From Escherichia coli (GTDB lineage: Bacteria > Pseudomonadota > Gammaproteobacteria > Enterobacterales > Enterobacteriaceae): a stretch of 64,000 bases of DNA. The stretch lies in assembly GCF_048403405.1 (NCBI RefSeq), contig NZ_CP183129.1; one strand, given 5' to 3'. Positions within the stretch are counted from its first letter, which is position 1. Every line of letters starts with the position of its first letter. Of this stretch, positions 30,411 to 41,670 are shown one piece after another. Under the pieces are notes generated by a model, which did no database searches, was not told where the DNA came from, and saw nothing but the letters and a program-made list of their open reading frames with translations. The position numbers and the translations under genes are program-made.

Positions 30411-32108
30411 ATGGAACCAAAAACAAAAAAACAGCGTTCGCTTTATATCCCTTACGCTGGCCCTGTACTGCTGGAATTTCCGTTGTTGAATAAAGGCAGT
30501 GCCTTCAGCATGGAAGAACGCCGTAACTTCAACCTGCTGGGGTTACTGCCGGAAGTGGTCGAAACCATCGAAGAACAAGCGGAACGAGCATGGATCCAGT
30601 ATCAGGGATTCAAAACCGAAATCGACAAACACATCTACCTGCGTAACATCCAGGACACCAACGAAACCCTCTTCTACCGTCTGGTAAACAATCATCTTGA
30701 TGAGATGATGCCTGTTATTTATACCCCAACCGTCGGCGCAGCCTGTGAGCGTTTTTCTGAGATCTACCGCCGTTCACGCGGCGTGTTTATCTCTTACCAG
30801 AACCGCCACAATATGGACGATATTCTGCAAAACGTGCCGAACCATAATATTAAAGTGATTGTGGTGACTGACGGTGAACGTATTCTGGGGCTTGGTGACC
30901 AGGGCATCGGCGGGATGGGCATTCCGATCGGTAAACTGTCACTCTATACTGCCTGTGGCGGCATCAGCCCGGCGTATACCCTTCCGGTGGTGCTGGATGT
31001 CGGGACGAACAACCAACAGCTGCTTAACGATCCGCTGTATATGGGCTGGCGTAATCCGCGTATCACTGACGACGAATACTATGAATTCGTTGATGAATTT
31101 ATCCAGGCTGTGAAACAACGCTGGCCGGACGTACTGTTGCAGTTTGAAGACTTCGCACAAAAAAATGCGATGCCGTTACTTAACCGCTATCGCAATGAAA
31201 TTTGTTCTTTTAACGATGACATTCAGGGCACCGCGGCGGTAACGGTCGGCACACTGATCGCAGCCAGCCGCGCGGCAGGTGGTCAGTTAAGCGAGAAAAA
31301 AATCGTCTTCCTTGGCGCAGGTTCAGCGGGATGCGGCATTGCCGAAATGATCATTGCCCAGACTCAGCGCGAAGGATTAAGCGAGGAAACGGCGCGGCAG
31401 AAAGTCTTTATGGTCGATCGCTTTGGCCTGCTGACCGACAAGATGCCGAACCTGCTGCCTTTCCAGACCAAACTGGTGCAGAAACGCGAAAACCTCAGTG
31501 ACTGGGATACCGACAGCGATGTGCTGTCACTGCTGGATGTGGTGCGTAATGTAAAACCAGATATTCTGATTGGCGTCTCAGGACAGACCGGGCTGTTTAC
31601 GGAAGAGATCATCCGTGAGATGCATAAACACTGTCCGCGTCCGATCGTGATGCCGCTGTCTAACCCGACGTCACGCGTGGAAGCCACACCGCAGGACATT
31701 ATCGCCTGGACTGAAGGTAACGCGCTGGTCGCCACTGGCAGTCCGTTTAATCCAGTGGTATGGAAAGATAAAATCTACCCTATCGCCCAGTGCAACAACG
31801 CCTTCATTTTCCCGGGCATCGGGCTGGGCGTTATTGCTTCCGGCGCGTCACGTATCACCGATGAGATGCTGATGTCGGCAAGTGAAACGCTTGCTCAGTA
31901 TTCGCCGCTGGTCCTGAACGGCGAAGGTCTGGTACTACCGGAACTGAAAGATATTCAGAAAGTCTCCCGCGCAATTGCGTTTGCGGTTGGCAAAATGGCG
32001 CAGCAGCAAGGCGTGGCGGTGAAAACGTCTGCCGAAGCTTTGCAACAAGCCATTGATGATAATTTCTGGCACGCCGAATACCGCGACTACCGCCGTACCT
32101 CCATCTAA
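30411..32108 (+). CDS. maeA: NAD-dependent malic enzyme
   Basis: 565 aa from [18 protein letters not shown]. Confidence 0.95.
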   Translation: MEPKTKKQRSLYIPYAGPVLLEFPLLNKGSAFSMEERRNFNLLGLLPEVVETIEEQAERAWIQYQGFKTEIDKHIYLRNIQDTNETLFYRLVNNHLDEMMPVIYTPTVGAACERFSEIYRRSRGVFISYQNRHNMDDILQNVPNHNIKVIVVTDGERILGLGDQGIGGMGIPIGKLSLYTACGGISPAYTLPVVLDVGTNNQQLLNDPLYMGWRNPRITDDEYYEFVDEFIQAVKQRWPDVLLQFEDFAQKNAMPLLNRYRNEICSFNDDIQGTAAVTVGTLIAASRAAGGQLSEKKIVFLGAGSAGCGIAEMIIAQTQREGLSEETARQKVFMVDRFGLLTDKMPNLLPFQTKLVQKRENLSDWDTDSDVLSLLDVVRNVKPDILIGVSGQTGLFTEEIIREMHKHCPRPIVMPLSNPTSRVEATPQDIIAWTEGNALVATGSPFNPVVWKDKIYPIAQCNNAFIFPGIGLGVIASGASRITDEMLMSASETLAQYSPLVLNGEGLVLPELKDIQKVSRAIAFAVGKMAQQQGVAVKTSAEALQQAIDDNFWHAEYRDYRRTSI

Positions 32109-32241
32109 GCCTGCGCCCGGTGGTGAAAGCTGCCGGGCAATTTTCCTCTCCCTTTTTCAGATCTCATCCATACTGGGTAGTGGCGAATAAATCTCATTTG
32201 CCTCACCTGCTATGCAGAACATCATCCGAAAAGGAGGAACT

Positions 32242-33252
32242 ATGAAGGCTGCAGTTGTTACGAAGGATCATCATGTTGACGTTACGGATAAAACACTGCG
32301 CTCACTGAAACATGGCGAAGCCCTGCTGAAAATGGAGTGTTGTGGTGTATGTCACACCGATCTTCATGTTAAGAATGGCGATTTTGGTGACAAAACCGGC
32401 GTAATTCTGGGCCATGAAGGCATCGGTGTGGTGGCAGAAGTTGGCCCAGGTGTCACCTCATTAAAACCAGGCGATCGTGCCAGCGTGGCGTGGTTTTACG
32501 AAGGATGCGGTCATTGCGAATACTGTAATAGTGGTAACGAAACCCTCTGCCGTTCTGTTAAAAACGCCGGATACAGCGTTGATGGCGGGATGGCTGAAGA
32601 GTGCATCGTGGTCGCCGATTACGCGGTAAAAGTGCCCGATGGCCTGGACTCGGCGGCGGCCAGCAGCATTACCTGTGCGGGCGTCACCACCTACAAAGCG
32701 GTGAAGCTGTCAAAAATTCGTCCCGGTCAGTGGATTGCTATCTACGGTCTTGGCGGTCTGGGTAACCTCGCCCTGCAATACGCGAAGAATGTCTTTAACG
32801 CGAAAGTGATCGCCATTGATGTCAATGATGAGCAGTTAAAACTGGCAACCGAAATGGGCGCTGATTTAGCGATTAACTCACGCACCGAAGACGCCGCCAA
32901 AATTGTGCAGGAAAAAACCGGTGGCGCTCACGCTGCGGTGGTGACAGCGGTAGCTAAAGCTGCGTTTAACTCGGCAGTTGATGCTGTCCGTGCAGGCGGG
33001 CGTGTTGTGGCAGTCGGTCTGCCGCCGGAGTCTATGAGCCTGGATATCCCACGGTTGGTGCTGGATGGTATTGAAGTGGTCGGTTCGCTGGTCGGCACGC
33101 GCCAGGATCTAACCGAAGCCTTCCAGTTTGCGGCCGAAGGCAAAGTGGTGCCGAAAGTCGCCCTGCGTCCGTTAGCGGACATCAACACCATCTTTACTGA
33201 GATGGAAGAAGGCAAAATCCGTGGCCGTATGGTGATTGATTTCCGCCGCTAA
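32242..33252 (+). CDS. adhP: Zn-dependent alcohol dehydrogenase, propanol-preferring
   Basis: 336 aa from [11 protein letters not shown]; zinc-ligand cysteines; aaaggagg RBS. Confidence 0.95.
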   Translation: MKAAVVTKDHHVDVTDKTLRSLKHGEALLKMECCGVCHTDLHVKNGDFGDKTGVILGHEGIGVVAEVGPGVTSLKPGDRASVAWFYEGCGHCEYCNSGNETLCRSVKNAGYSVDGGMAEECIVVADYAVKVPDGLDSAAASSITCAGVTTYKAVKLSKIRPGQWIAIYGLGGLGNLALQYAKNVFNAKVIAIDVNDEQLKLATEMGADLAINSRTEDAAKIVQEKTGGAHAAVVTAVAKAAFNSAVDAVRAGGRVVAVGLPPESMSLDIPRLVLDGIEVVGSLVGTRQDLTEAFQFAAEGKVVPKVALRPLADINTIFTEMEEGKIRGRMVIDFRR

Positions 33253-33397
33253 GAGGCCTTTGCTGCGACTGCCATGTTCGGGTCGCAGCATCGCACACTC
33301 TCCAACATGAAATGGCTAAATGGATTATTGTTGCGTAGGAAGGAACAATAATGATAGTGTTCCTGGTGAAGGAACGCTACTGAGAGTAAAGACACTA

Positions 33398-33682
33398 ATG
33401 AAAATGGCCAATCATCCCCGCCCGGGGGACATTATTCAGGAATCACTGGACGAACTTAATGTCAGCCTGCGCGAGTTTGCCAGAGCAATGGAAATTGCGC
33501 CCTCAACGGCAAGCCGATTGCTGACCGGAAAAGCAGCTTTGACACCAGAAATGGCGATTAAACTTTCCGTGGTGATCGGCAGTTCGCCGCAAATGTGGCT
33601 GAATCTGCAAAACGCCTGGAGTCTGGCAGAGGCAGAAAAAACGGTGGATGTGTCGCGATTACGCCGTCTGGTTACGCAATAA
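33398..33682 (+). CDS. yddM: HigA/VapI-like HTH (XRE-family) protein YddM
   Basis: About 94 aa from [14 protein letters not shown]; the exact start is uncertain (ORF track begins at 33320). Confidence 0.7.
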
Positions 33683-33690
33683 ATAAATAT

Positions 33691-33714
33691 CCTCCGGCAT
33701 AGCCGGAGGTTTTT
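33691..33714 (+). terminator. Hairpin cctccggc-ata-gccggagg plus ttttt after yddM (may alternatively be an IS200 end structure)
   Basis: Perfect 8-bp stem plus T-run. Confidence 0.55.
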
Positions 33715-33790
33715 CAAATGCGCCTGTAAGGCTCTGTTACCAGCCGCGCCCTAACAGGCGCATACGATCTGACATTTGCATTCAACTTCG

Positions 33791-34249
33791 TTACTTACGG
33801 CCCGTAAACGGGCTGCCCGGATAGGGAATCGATAACTGCTCCCCCATTTTATCCTCTTCAAGCTGGTGCTTTATGTAGTCCTGTATCTTCGCCGTGTTCT
33901 TACCCACCGTATCGACATAGTACCCTCGGCACCAGAACTCCCTGTTTCTGTATTTGAATTTCAAATCCCCAAACTGCTCGTAAAGCATCAGACTGCTTTT
34001 CCCTTTCAGATATCCCATAAAGCCGGATACGCTCATTTTGGGTGGGATTTCCACAAGCATATGGATATGATCTGCGCAGCACTCTGCTTCCAGAATCCGT
34101 ACGCTTTTCCACTCACACAGCTTTCTCAAAATACTGCCTATCGCCCTACGCTTCTCTCCGTAAAACGCCAGTCTTCGGTATTTCGGCGCAAAAACTATGT
34201 GATATTTACAGTTCCAGCGGGTGTGCGCTAAGCTCTTTTCGTCCCCCAT
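33791..34249 (-). CDS. tnpA: IS200 transposase TnpA (Y1 HUH, 152 aa)
   Basis: MGDEKSLAHTRWNCKYHIVFAPKYRR…; contains the HUH motif (DHIHML) and a catalytic-Tyr region typical of IS200 TnpA. Confidence 0.88.
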   Translation of the reverse strand: MGDEKSLAHTRWNCKYHIVFAPKYRRLAFYGEKRRAIGSILRKLCEWKSVRILEAECCADHIHMLVEIPPKMSVSGFMGYLKGKSSLMLYEQFGDLKFKYRNREFWCRGYYVDTVGKNTAKIQDYIKHQLEEDKMGEQLSIPYPGSPFTGRK

Positions 34250-34387
34250 TGGGACCCCCTTTTGATTTCTTGTTTGACACTTGCAGTTGCCAGACCGCAA
34301 GGTGTTTTAACAAATCAAAAGGGGTTTTAATAACTGGCTCAAAGCTGAAAGCTTTCCGGAACCCCCAGCCTAGCTGGGGGTTTTCTG

Positions 34388-34422
34388 TGCACAAAAAAAT
34401 GGCGCTTCTTAAAGCGCCATTT
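34388..34422 (-). terminator. Rho-independent terminator of fdnGHI (aatggcgctt/aagcgccatt stem; T7 run on the minus strand)
   Basis: 10-bp stem followed by ttttttt in the minus-strand sense, just downstream of the fdnI stop. Confidence 0.7.
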
Positions 34423-34444
34423 TCAGCTTAAAGTTCAAAAGAGA

Positions 34445-35098
34445 TTATATCCCTTCTTCACTCTCTTTTTTCGCTTCTGCCTTCTCGATTTCACGATACC
34501 AGCGCGGATGGTGTTTCTTCGCCCAGCGACGGCTCACCTTCCCTTCGATCATCCCTTTAATCGATCCTTTCACCCAGAATGCCATATACATATGGATCAG
34601 GATGGCGTGGATCAGGATGATACCCGCAGCCGCGTGAATCAGCAGGCTGTAGCGAACAACCTGCATCGGGAAGTACTGCGCAAAGTACGGACGCCAGATA
34701 ATCACCCCGGTCACCAGCAGCACGAAAATCATGCTCATGATCGACCAGAACATCATCTTTTGCCCGGCGTTGTACTTACCGACATCCGCCACTTTGTGCT
34801 CATTGCCTTTTAATACTTCGACAATGTTCAACAGCCACGGAATATCTTTCTTATCCGGGATGTTGTGATGCACAAAACGCACAAACATAAACATCAGCGC
34901 GACGAAAATCGCAATGCCGAAGAACGGGTGCAAAATGCGTCCCATCTGCGGCGTACCGAAGGTTTGCGTCAGCCATTGCAGCGTCGGGAAGAAGAATGAA
35001 ATCCCGGACAGCGCCACCAGGAAGAAGCAAATCACCACGGTCCAGTGACAGGCGCGATCAATAAATTTGGTGCGCACAATCATTTTCGACTTACTCAT
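34445..35098 (-). CDS. fdnI: Formate dehydrogenase-N gamma subunit (cytochrome b556)
   Basis: 217 aa from [12 protein letters not shown]; membrane cytochrome b. Confidence 0.93.
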
Positions 35099-35975
35099 GA
35101 TGATCCTCCTCGTCATCGTCCACTTCCTTATTCGGGCCAATACCGATGTAGTGGAAAATCAACCCGGCAAAAGTGGCAATAAAGCCAGCCGCTGCCAGCG
35201 GTTTCAACGCGCCTTTCCACAGGCTTACCGAGGTGTCGATCTTCGGATCTTTCGGCAGACCGTGATACAGCTCCGGCTGATCGGCGTGATGCAGCACGTA
35301 CATAACGTGCGTACCACCGACCCCTTCCGGGTTGTAGACGCCAGCATGTTCGTAACCACGCGCTTTCAGTTTCGCCACGCGCTGTTCCGCCAGCTCCAGC
35401 ATCTCCTTCTTGGTGCCGAAGTGGATAGCCCCGGTCGGACAGGTTTTCACACAAGCCGGTTCCTGGCCGACGCTGACGCGATCGACGCAGAGCGTGCATT
35501 TATATACCCGGTTATCCTCTTTGTTGAGGCGCGGAATATTAAACGGACACCCGGCAATGCAGTAACCACAGCCGATGCAGTTTTCCGACTGGAAATCGAC
35601 AATCCCGTTAGCGTACTGAATGATTGCACCAGCAGACGGGCACGCCTTCAGGCAGCCCGGATCTTCACAGTGCATACAGCCGTCTTTACGGATCAGCCAC
35701 TCCAGCTTGCCGTTCTGTTCGGTTTCGCTAAAGCGCATCACCGTCCAGGACTTGGCGCTCAGATCGGCGGGGTTATCGTAAACCCCGACGCAGTGCCCCA
35801 CTTCATCACGGATGTCGTTCCACTCCGAACACGCCACCTGACAGGCTTTACAACCGATACAGGTGGAAACGTCGATAAGTTTCGCGACTTCTGCTTTGTA
35901 ATCACGCACCTGAGAAGGCGGCGTGATGGAGTTAGTTGCGGACCTTTTGATAATGTCCTGCGTTTCCATAGCCAT
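35091..35975 (-). CDS. fdnH: Formate dehydrogenase-N beta subunit (4Fe-4S ferredoxin-type)
   Basis: 294 aa; multiple CxxCxxCxxxC clusters. Confidence 0.93.
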   Translation of the reverse strand: MAMETQDIIKRSATNSITPPSQVRDYKAEVAKLIDVSTCIGCKACQVACSEWNDIRDEVGHCVGVYDNPADLSAKSWTVMRFSETEQNGKLEWLIRKDGCMHCEDPGCLKACPSAGAIIQYANGIVDFQSENCIGCGYCIAGCPFNIPRLNKEDNRVYKCTLCVDRVSVGQEPACVKTCPTGAIHFGTKKEMLELAEQRVAKLKARGYEHAGVYNPEGVGGTHVMYVLHHADQPELYHGLPKDPKIDTSVSLWKGALKPLAAAGFIATFAGLIFHYIGIGPNKEVDDDEEDHHE

Positions 35976-35987
35976 CTGTTCGCCCCC

Positions 35988-38900
35988 TTACGCCTTCTCA
36001 ATGTTGACTAAGAACGCTTTATATTCCGGCGTTTGCGAGTTTGCATCACCGACATTCGGCGTCAGAGTGTTAGCGATATAACCTTTACGCGCGACACCCT
36101 CAAAGCCCCAGTGGATTGGAATACCCACCGTTTCAACCTGCTGACCGTTTACATTCAGCGGCTTCAGACGGCGCGTTACCACAGCCACCGCGCGGATAAA
36201 GCCACGCTTGCTGGATACGGTGACACGGTCGCCATTGGCGATGCCTTTCGCCGCCGCCAGCGTTTCGCTGATTTCCACAAACTGTTCCGGCTGAGCAATG
36301 GCGTTGAGCAATGCATGCTTAGTCCAGGTGTGGAAGTGCTCGGTCAGACGATAGGTCGTACCCACATACGGGAACTGCTCTTTTTTACCCATCCGCAGCG
36401 CGTCTTGTTCATACAGACGAACGACCGGGTTAGACACCACGTTCGGATGCAGCGGGTTAGTGCCCAGCGGCGTTTCAATTGGCTCGTAGTGTTCCGGGAA
36501 CGGACCTTCCGCCATTTTGTTGATGGCAAACAGGCGTCCCATCCCTTCCGGCTGCATGATAAACGGTCCGGTTAGTGTACCTGGCGCGGCATTGCCGAAG
36601 TCCGGAATATCGTTACCCGTCCACTTGCTGCCGTTCCACTGGATCAGCATCCGTTTCGGATCCCACGGTTTACCGTTGATATCCGCCGAAGCACGGTTGT
36701 AGAGTACGCGACGGTTGAGCGGCCACGCCCAGGCCCATCCCAGCGTATTCCCCAGACCGGACGGGTCGGAGTTATCGCGGTTAGCCATCTGGTTGCCCTG
36801 CTCTGTCCAGCTACCGGTGTAGATCCAGCAAGAAGATGCGGTTGTACCGTCATCACGCAGATGCGCAAAGCTACTCAGCAACTGACCTTTCTTCGCAATC
36901 AGCACGCCATTGGCATCATAGAGATCTTCCAGCGCGTAGCCGTTGTTCTCTTTAGCTACTTCGTCAGATTGCGGTTCGTGCGGCTGCTTGTAGTTCCAGC
37001 TCATCTTCATCAGCGGTTCTACGCCTTTACCACCTTCGGCCTGGTACAGCTCGCGCAGATGATGGTAGATACCCGCCAGAATTTCGCCGTCGTTACGCGC
37101 TTCGCCCGGCGCGTCCTGACCTTTCCAGTGCCACTGCAACCAGCGACCGGAGTTAGCAATAGAACCATCTTCCTCAGCAAAGCAGGTCGAAGGCAGACGG
37201 AATACTTCAGTCTGAATAGACGCAGGATCGACATCGTTCGACTCGCCGTGGTTCTGCCAGAAGGTAGAAGTTTCAGTCACCAGCGGATCGATAACCACCA
37301 TATACTTCAGCTTGCTCAGGCAGCTTACCACTTTGTTTTTGTCCGGGAAGGACGCAACCGGGTTAAAGCCCTGGCAGAAATAACCGGTGACTTTGCCTTC
37401 ATCCATCATGTTGAAATACTTGATGACGTCGTAGGTCTGGTCCCACTTGGGCAGCCAGTCGTAGCCCCAGTTGTTCTCTTTCTGCGCAGCATCGCCGTAG
37501 AAAGATTTCATCAGGCTAACGAAGAACTTCGGATAGTTGCTCCAGTAGTTCACCTGATCAGCCAGCGTCGCTTTCGGCGTGTTCGCTTCCAGATACGACT
37601 GCAAATCAACCTGTTTTTCTGACGGCAGCGTCAGATAACCCGGCAGGCTGGTAGAGAGCAGGCCTAAGTCGGTCAGCCCCTGAATGTTGGAGTGACCACG
37701 CAATGCGTTCACGCCGCCACCGGCCATACCCATGTTACCGAGCAGTAACTGGATCATCGCCATAGTACGGATGTTCTGCGCACCCACGGTGTGCTGCGTC
37801 CAGCCCAGCGCGTAAAGGAAGGTGGTTGTGCGATCCGGTGCGCTGGTGGAGGCCAGCACTTCACACACTTTCAGGAAGTCGGCTTTTGGCGTACCACAGA
37901 TGTTTTCTACTACGTCCGGCGTGTAGCGGGAAACGTGCTCTTTCAGCAAGTTCCACACACAGCGCGGATGAGTCAGTGTTTCATCGCGTTTCGCATAGCC
38001 GTTTTCATCGAACTGATAGTTCCAGGACGATTTATCGTATTGACGTTTTTCAGCGTCGTAGCCGCTGAACAGACCGTCTTCGAAAGCAAAATCATCACGC
38101 ACCAGCAGACTGGCGTTGGTGTAATGCTTAACGTATTCGGCGTTGATTTTGTTGTTTTCGATCAGGTAGCGCAAAACGCCAGACAGGAACGTAATGTCCG
38201 TACCGGAACGAATAGGTGCGTAAATATCCGCTACAGAAGCGGTACGCGTAAAACGGGGATCGACAACGATCAAGGTTGCATCGTTGTTGTTTTTCGCTTC
38301 CATCGCCCAGCGGAAACCGACGGGATGCGCTTCAGCAGCGTTACCGCCCATCACCATTACGACGTTAGCGTTTTTGATATCCACCCAGTGGTTGGTCATC
38401 GCACCGCGACCAAATGTTGGAGCAAGACTTGCTACCGTTGGTCCGTGTCAGACGCGCGCCTGGTTGTCTACCGCCAGCATCCCGAGGGAGCGGGCAAATT
38501 TCTGGGTCAGCATCCCGGTTTCGTTGCTGGCACCGGAGGCACACAGCATACCGGTAGAAAGCCAACGGTTTACCGTTACGCCCTGCTCGTTCTTTTCAAT
38601 AAAGTTAGCGTCACGGTCAGCTTTCATCAGCTTCGCAATACGGGAGAATGCTTCATCCCAGCTAATGCGCTGCCATTTGTCAGAACCTGGCGCACGATAT
38701 TCCGGGTAGCGCAGACGGTTTTCGCTGTTGACGTAATCCAGCAAACCGGCCCCTTTCGGGCACAGCGCACCACGGCTTACCGGATGATCCGGGTCACCTT
38801 CAATGTGATAAATCGCTTCTCTGGCGTTTTTCGCGCCATCACCCAGGCTATACATCAATAGCCCGCAACCTACGGAACAGTATGTGCAGGTGTTACGGAT

Positions 38901-39035
38901 CTCTTTAGCGCGTAATAATTTGTAGTTTCGCGCCTGAGCCAGTGCTTGCTTTGGGGCAAAGCCCAATGCCGCTACTGTTGTTCCAGCCATACCGCCCGCG
39001 CAGATTTTAAAAAATTGTCTGCGACTGACGTCCAT
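35988..39035 (-). CDS. fdnG: Formate dehydrogenase-N alpha subunit, selenoprotein; in-frame TGA (Sec) at 38448..38450
   Basis: Twin-arginine signal (MDVSRRQFFKICAGG) in the 195-aa upstream ORF; TGA followed in the same frame by the 803-aa ORF; combined 1015 aa matches FdnG. Confidence 0.9.
38400..38447 (-). promoter_or_regulatory. Presumed SECIS region immediately 3' of the fdnG UGA codon
   Basis: Position only, based on the bacterial SECIS rule; structure not verified. Confidence 0.45.
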
Positions 39036-39099
39036 TGCTTTCCTCTTTTTTCAGGGGTATTACTGCGCGAGGAAACTAACAGTAAAATTCTGAATCTTT

Positions 39100-39113
39100 T
39101 TGCGCGAAATCAA
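39100..39113. promoter_or_regulatory. FNR-like site (TTGCG-CGAA-ATCAA) in the fdnG/yddG divergent promoter region
   Basis: Partial match to TTGAT-N4-ATCAA about 65 bp upstream of the fdnG start. Confidence 0.35.
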
Positions 39114-39266
39114 AAAGAACACGTGTTTGCCACAAAATAATCCGCCTGCGCAAATTGACCTACCTCAATAGCGGTAGAAAAACGCACCACTGCCTGACAG
39201 GCCAGTTAAAAAAATGCTATAAAATTCAGCTTAATTTTTAACGGCAAGAGAGACAAAACAGCGAGC

Positions 39267-40148
39267 ATGACACGACAAAAAGCAACGCTCATAGGGCTAA
39301 TAGCGATCGTCCTGTGGAGCACGATGGTAGGATTGATTCGCGGTGTCAGTGAGGGGCTCGGCCCGGTCGGCGGTGCAGCTGCTATCTATTCATTAAGCGG
39401 GCTGCTGTTAATCTTCACGGTTGGATTTCCGCGTATTCGGCAGATCCCGAAAGGCTATTTACTCGCCGGGTGTCTGTTATTCGTCAGCTATGAAATCTGT
39501 CTGGCGCTTTCCTTAGGATATGCGGCGACCCGTCATCAGGCGATTGAAGTGGGTATGGTGAACTATCTGTGGCCCAGCCTGACAATTCTCTTTGCCATTC
39601 TGTTTAATGGTCAGAAAACCAACTGGCTGATTGTACCAGGATTATTATTAGCCCTGGTTGGCGTCTGCTGGGTGTTAGGTGGTGACAATGGATTACATTA
39701 TGATGAAATCATCAATAATATCACCACCAGCCCATTGAGTTATTTCCTGGCGTTTATTGGTGCGTTTATCTGGGCAGCCTACTGCACAGTAACGAATAAA
39801 TACGCACGCGGATTTAACGGAATTACCGTTTTTGTCCTGCTAACGGGAGCAAGTCTGTGGGTTTACTATTTTCTCACGCCACAACCAGAAATGGTATTTA
39901 GCACGCCAGTCATGATTAAACTCATCTCTGCGGCATTTACCTTAGGATTTGCTTATGCTGCATGGAACGTCGGTATATTACATGGCAACGTCACCATTAT
40001 GGCGGTAGGTTCGTATTTTACGCCCGTCCTTTCCTCAGCGCTTGCAGCCGTGCTGCTCAGCGCCCCGCTGTCGTTCTCGTTCTGGCAAGGCGCGCTAATG
40101 GTCTGCGGCGGTTCCCTGCTCTGCTGGCTGGCGACACGTCGTGGCTAA
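39267..40148 (+). CDS. yddG: Aromatic amino acid exporter YddG (DMT superfamily)
   Basis: 293-aa polytopic membrane protein. Confidence 0.9.
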   Translation: MTRQKATLIGLIAIVLWSTMVGLIRGVSEGLGPVGGAAAIYSLSGLLLIFTVGFPRIRQIPKGYLLAGCLLFVSYEICLALSLGYAATRHQAIEVGMVNYLWPSLTILFAILFNGQKTNWLIVPGLLLALVGVCWVLGGDNGLHYDEIINNITTSPLSYFLAFIGAFIWAAYCTVTNKYARGFNGITVFVLLTGASLWVYYFLTPQPEMVFSTPVMIKLISAAFTLGFAYAAWNVGILHGNVTIMAVGSYFTPVLSSALAAVLLSAPLSFSFWQGALMVCGGSLLCWLATRRG

Positions 40149-40406
40149 AATAATTGTCGGGTCTACGGCCCGGCAGTTAATCAGATAAATTCCGACAATA
40201 TAAAAAAATAAATTTCAAATACCAGTAGTTCACCTTATATTTCATTTCGACTTCGATCACATATCGATAAATAATATTATTTCATCTATTTTTCTCATTG
40301 TTTTTAATCACCATTCTATTTTAAAAACAGTATGTCATTTATAAATGACGCCGTTTAAAATTCGTTTAGAAAATACGTTTAACGATAATTAAAAGGATTC
40401 TGTTAA

Positions 40407-41507
40407 ATGAAATTAAAAATAGTTGCGGTGGTTGTAACTGGTTTGTTAGCTGCGAACGTAGCACACGCTGCCGAAGTCTATAACAAGGATGGTAATAAAC
40501 TCGACCTTTATGGCAAGGTTACCGCTCTACGTTATTTTACTGATGATAAGCGTGACGATGGTGATAAAACTTATGCCCGTCTCGGCTTTAAAGGAGAAAC
40601 GCAAATCAATGATCAAATGATTGGTTTTGGTCACTGGGAATATGATTTTAAAGGCTATAACGATGAAGCCAACGGCTCGCGCGGTAACAAGACCCGTCTG
40701 GCCTATGCAGGTTTAAAAATTAGTGAATTTGGCTCTCTGGACTATGGTCGTAACTACGGTGTCGGCTATGACATTGGTTCATGGACCGATATGTTGCCAG
40801 AATTTGGTGGCGATACCTGGAGTCAGAAAGATGTCTTCATGACATACCGTACTACCGGTGTGGCAACCTATCGCAACTACGATTTCTTCGGCTTAATTGA
40901 AGGTCTGAACTTTGCCGCGCAATATCAAGGCAAAAATGAACGCACTGACAATGGCCATCTTTATGGTGCTGACTACACGCGTGCCAATGGTGACGGTTTC
41001 GGTATCTCCTCAACTTATGTTTATGATGGCTTTGGTATCGGTGCGGTGTATACCAAATCCGATCGGACAAATGCGCAGGAAAGAGCCGCTGCTAATCCTC
41101 TCAATGCCTCCGGTAAGAATGCAGAACTGTGGGCTACAGGTATAAAATATGATGCCAACAACATCTACTTTGCAGCTAATTACGCTGAAACATTAAACAT
41201 GACCACCTATGGCGATGGTTATATCTCTAACAAAGCACAAAGTTTTGAAGTAGTGGCACAATATCAATTCGACTTCGGCTTGCGCCCATCACTCGCTTAC
41301 CTGAAATCGAAAGGCAGAGATCTGGGCCGCTACGGCGACCAGGACATGATTGAGTATATCGACGTTGGTGCGACGTATTTCTTCAACAAAAATATGTCGA
41401 CCTATGTTGATTATAAAATCAACCTGATTGATGAAAGCGACTTTACCCGTGCCGTAGATATTCGCACCGATAACATCGTCGCAACGGGCATTACCTATCA
41501 GTTCTAA
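40407..41507 (+). CDS. yddL: OmpC/OmpF-family general porin, apparently intact (K-12 yddL position)
   Basis: 366 aa; signal peptide (…[23 protein letters not shown]); C-terminal …TGITYQF. Confidence 0.8.
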   Translation: MKLKIVAVVVTGLLAANVAHAAEVYNKDGNKLDLYGKVTALRYFTDDKRDDGDKTYARLGFKGETQINDQMIGFGHWEYDFKGYNDEANGSRGNKTRLAYAGLKISEFGSLDYGRNYGVGYDIGSWTDMLPEFGGDTWSQKDVFMTYRTTGVATYRNYDFFGLIEGLNFAAQYQGKNERTDNGHLYGADYTRANGDGFGISSTYVYDGFGIGAVYTKSDRTNAQERAAANPLNASGKNAELWATGIKYDANNIYFAANYAETLNMTTYGDGYISNKAQSFEVVAQYQFDFGLRPSLAYLKSKGRDLGRYGDQDMIEYIDVGATYFFNKNMSTYVDYKINLIDESDFTRAVDIRTDNIVATGITYQF

Positions 41508-41518
41508 CATCCTCTCCT

Positions 41519-41547
41519 GACCAGCCCTTCTCTGGGCTGGTTTTTGA
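41519..41547 (+). terminator. Rho-independent terminator after the porin gene (ccagccc/gggctgg plus ttttt)
   Basis: Read directly. Confidence 0.7.
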
Positions 41548-41670
41548 TTTAAGTGCTGCTGTATGACTCCTTAAGTAAAAATGAGCAATTTTTGATATTT
41601 CTGGTCACTCACCTCAATTAATATTCTTCCATACCCTCCGGGGACATCTTACTATAATATTTATTGATGT

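Larger units (their letters stand above)
33690..34390 (-). mobile_element. IS200 (IS200/IS605 family) insertion; boundaries approximate
   Basis: Contains a Y1/HUH transposase gene and, upstream of it, the stem-loops typical of the IS200 left end (cccccagc-cta-gctggggg at 34363..34381); ends not determinable without a reference copy. Confidence 0.65.

Noticed and set aside
38448-38450. Apparent premature stop splitting fdnG into two ORFs (possible pseudogene)
   Set aside because: The TGA is at the position of the conserved selenocysteine codon of FdnG and the downstream frame is continuous, so this is recoding rather than disruption.
35067-38861. Long plus-strand ORFs (314, 253 and 356 aa) antisense to fdnH and fdnG
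   Set aside because: They lie entirely within well-supported minus-strand genes; the products are low-complexity and Arg/Val-rich, typical of antisense frames. No RBS or known homology.
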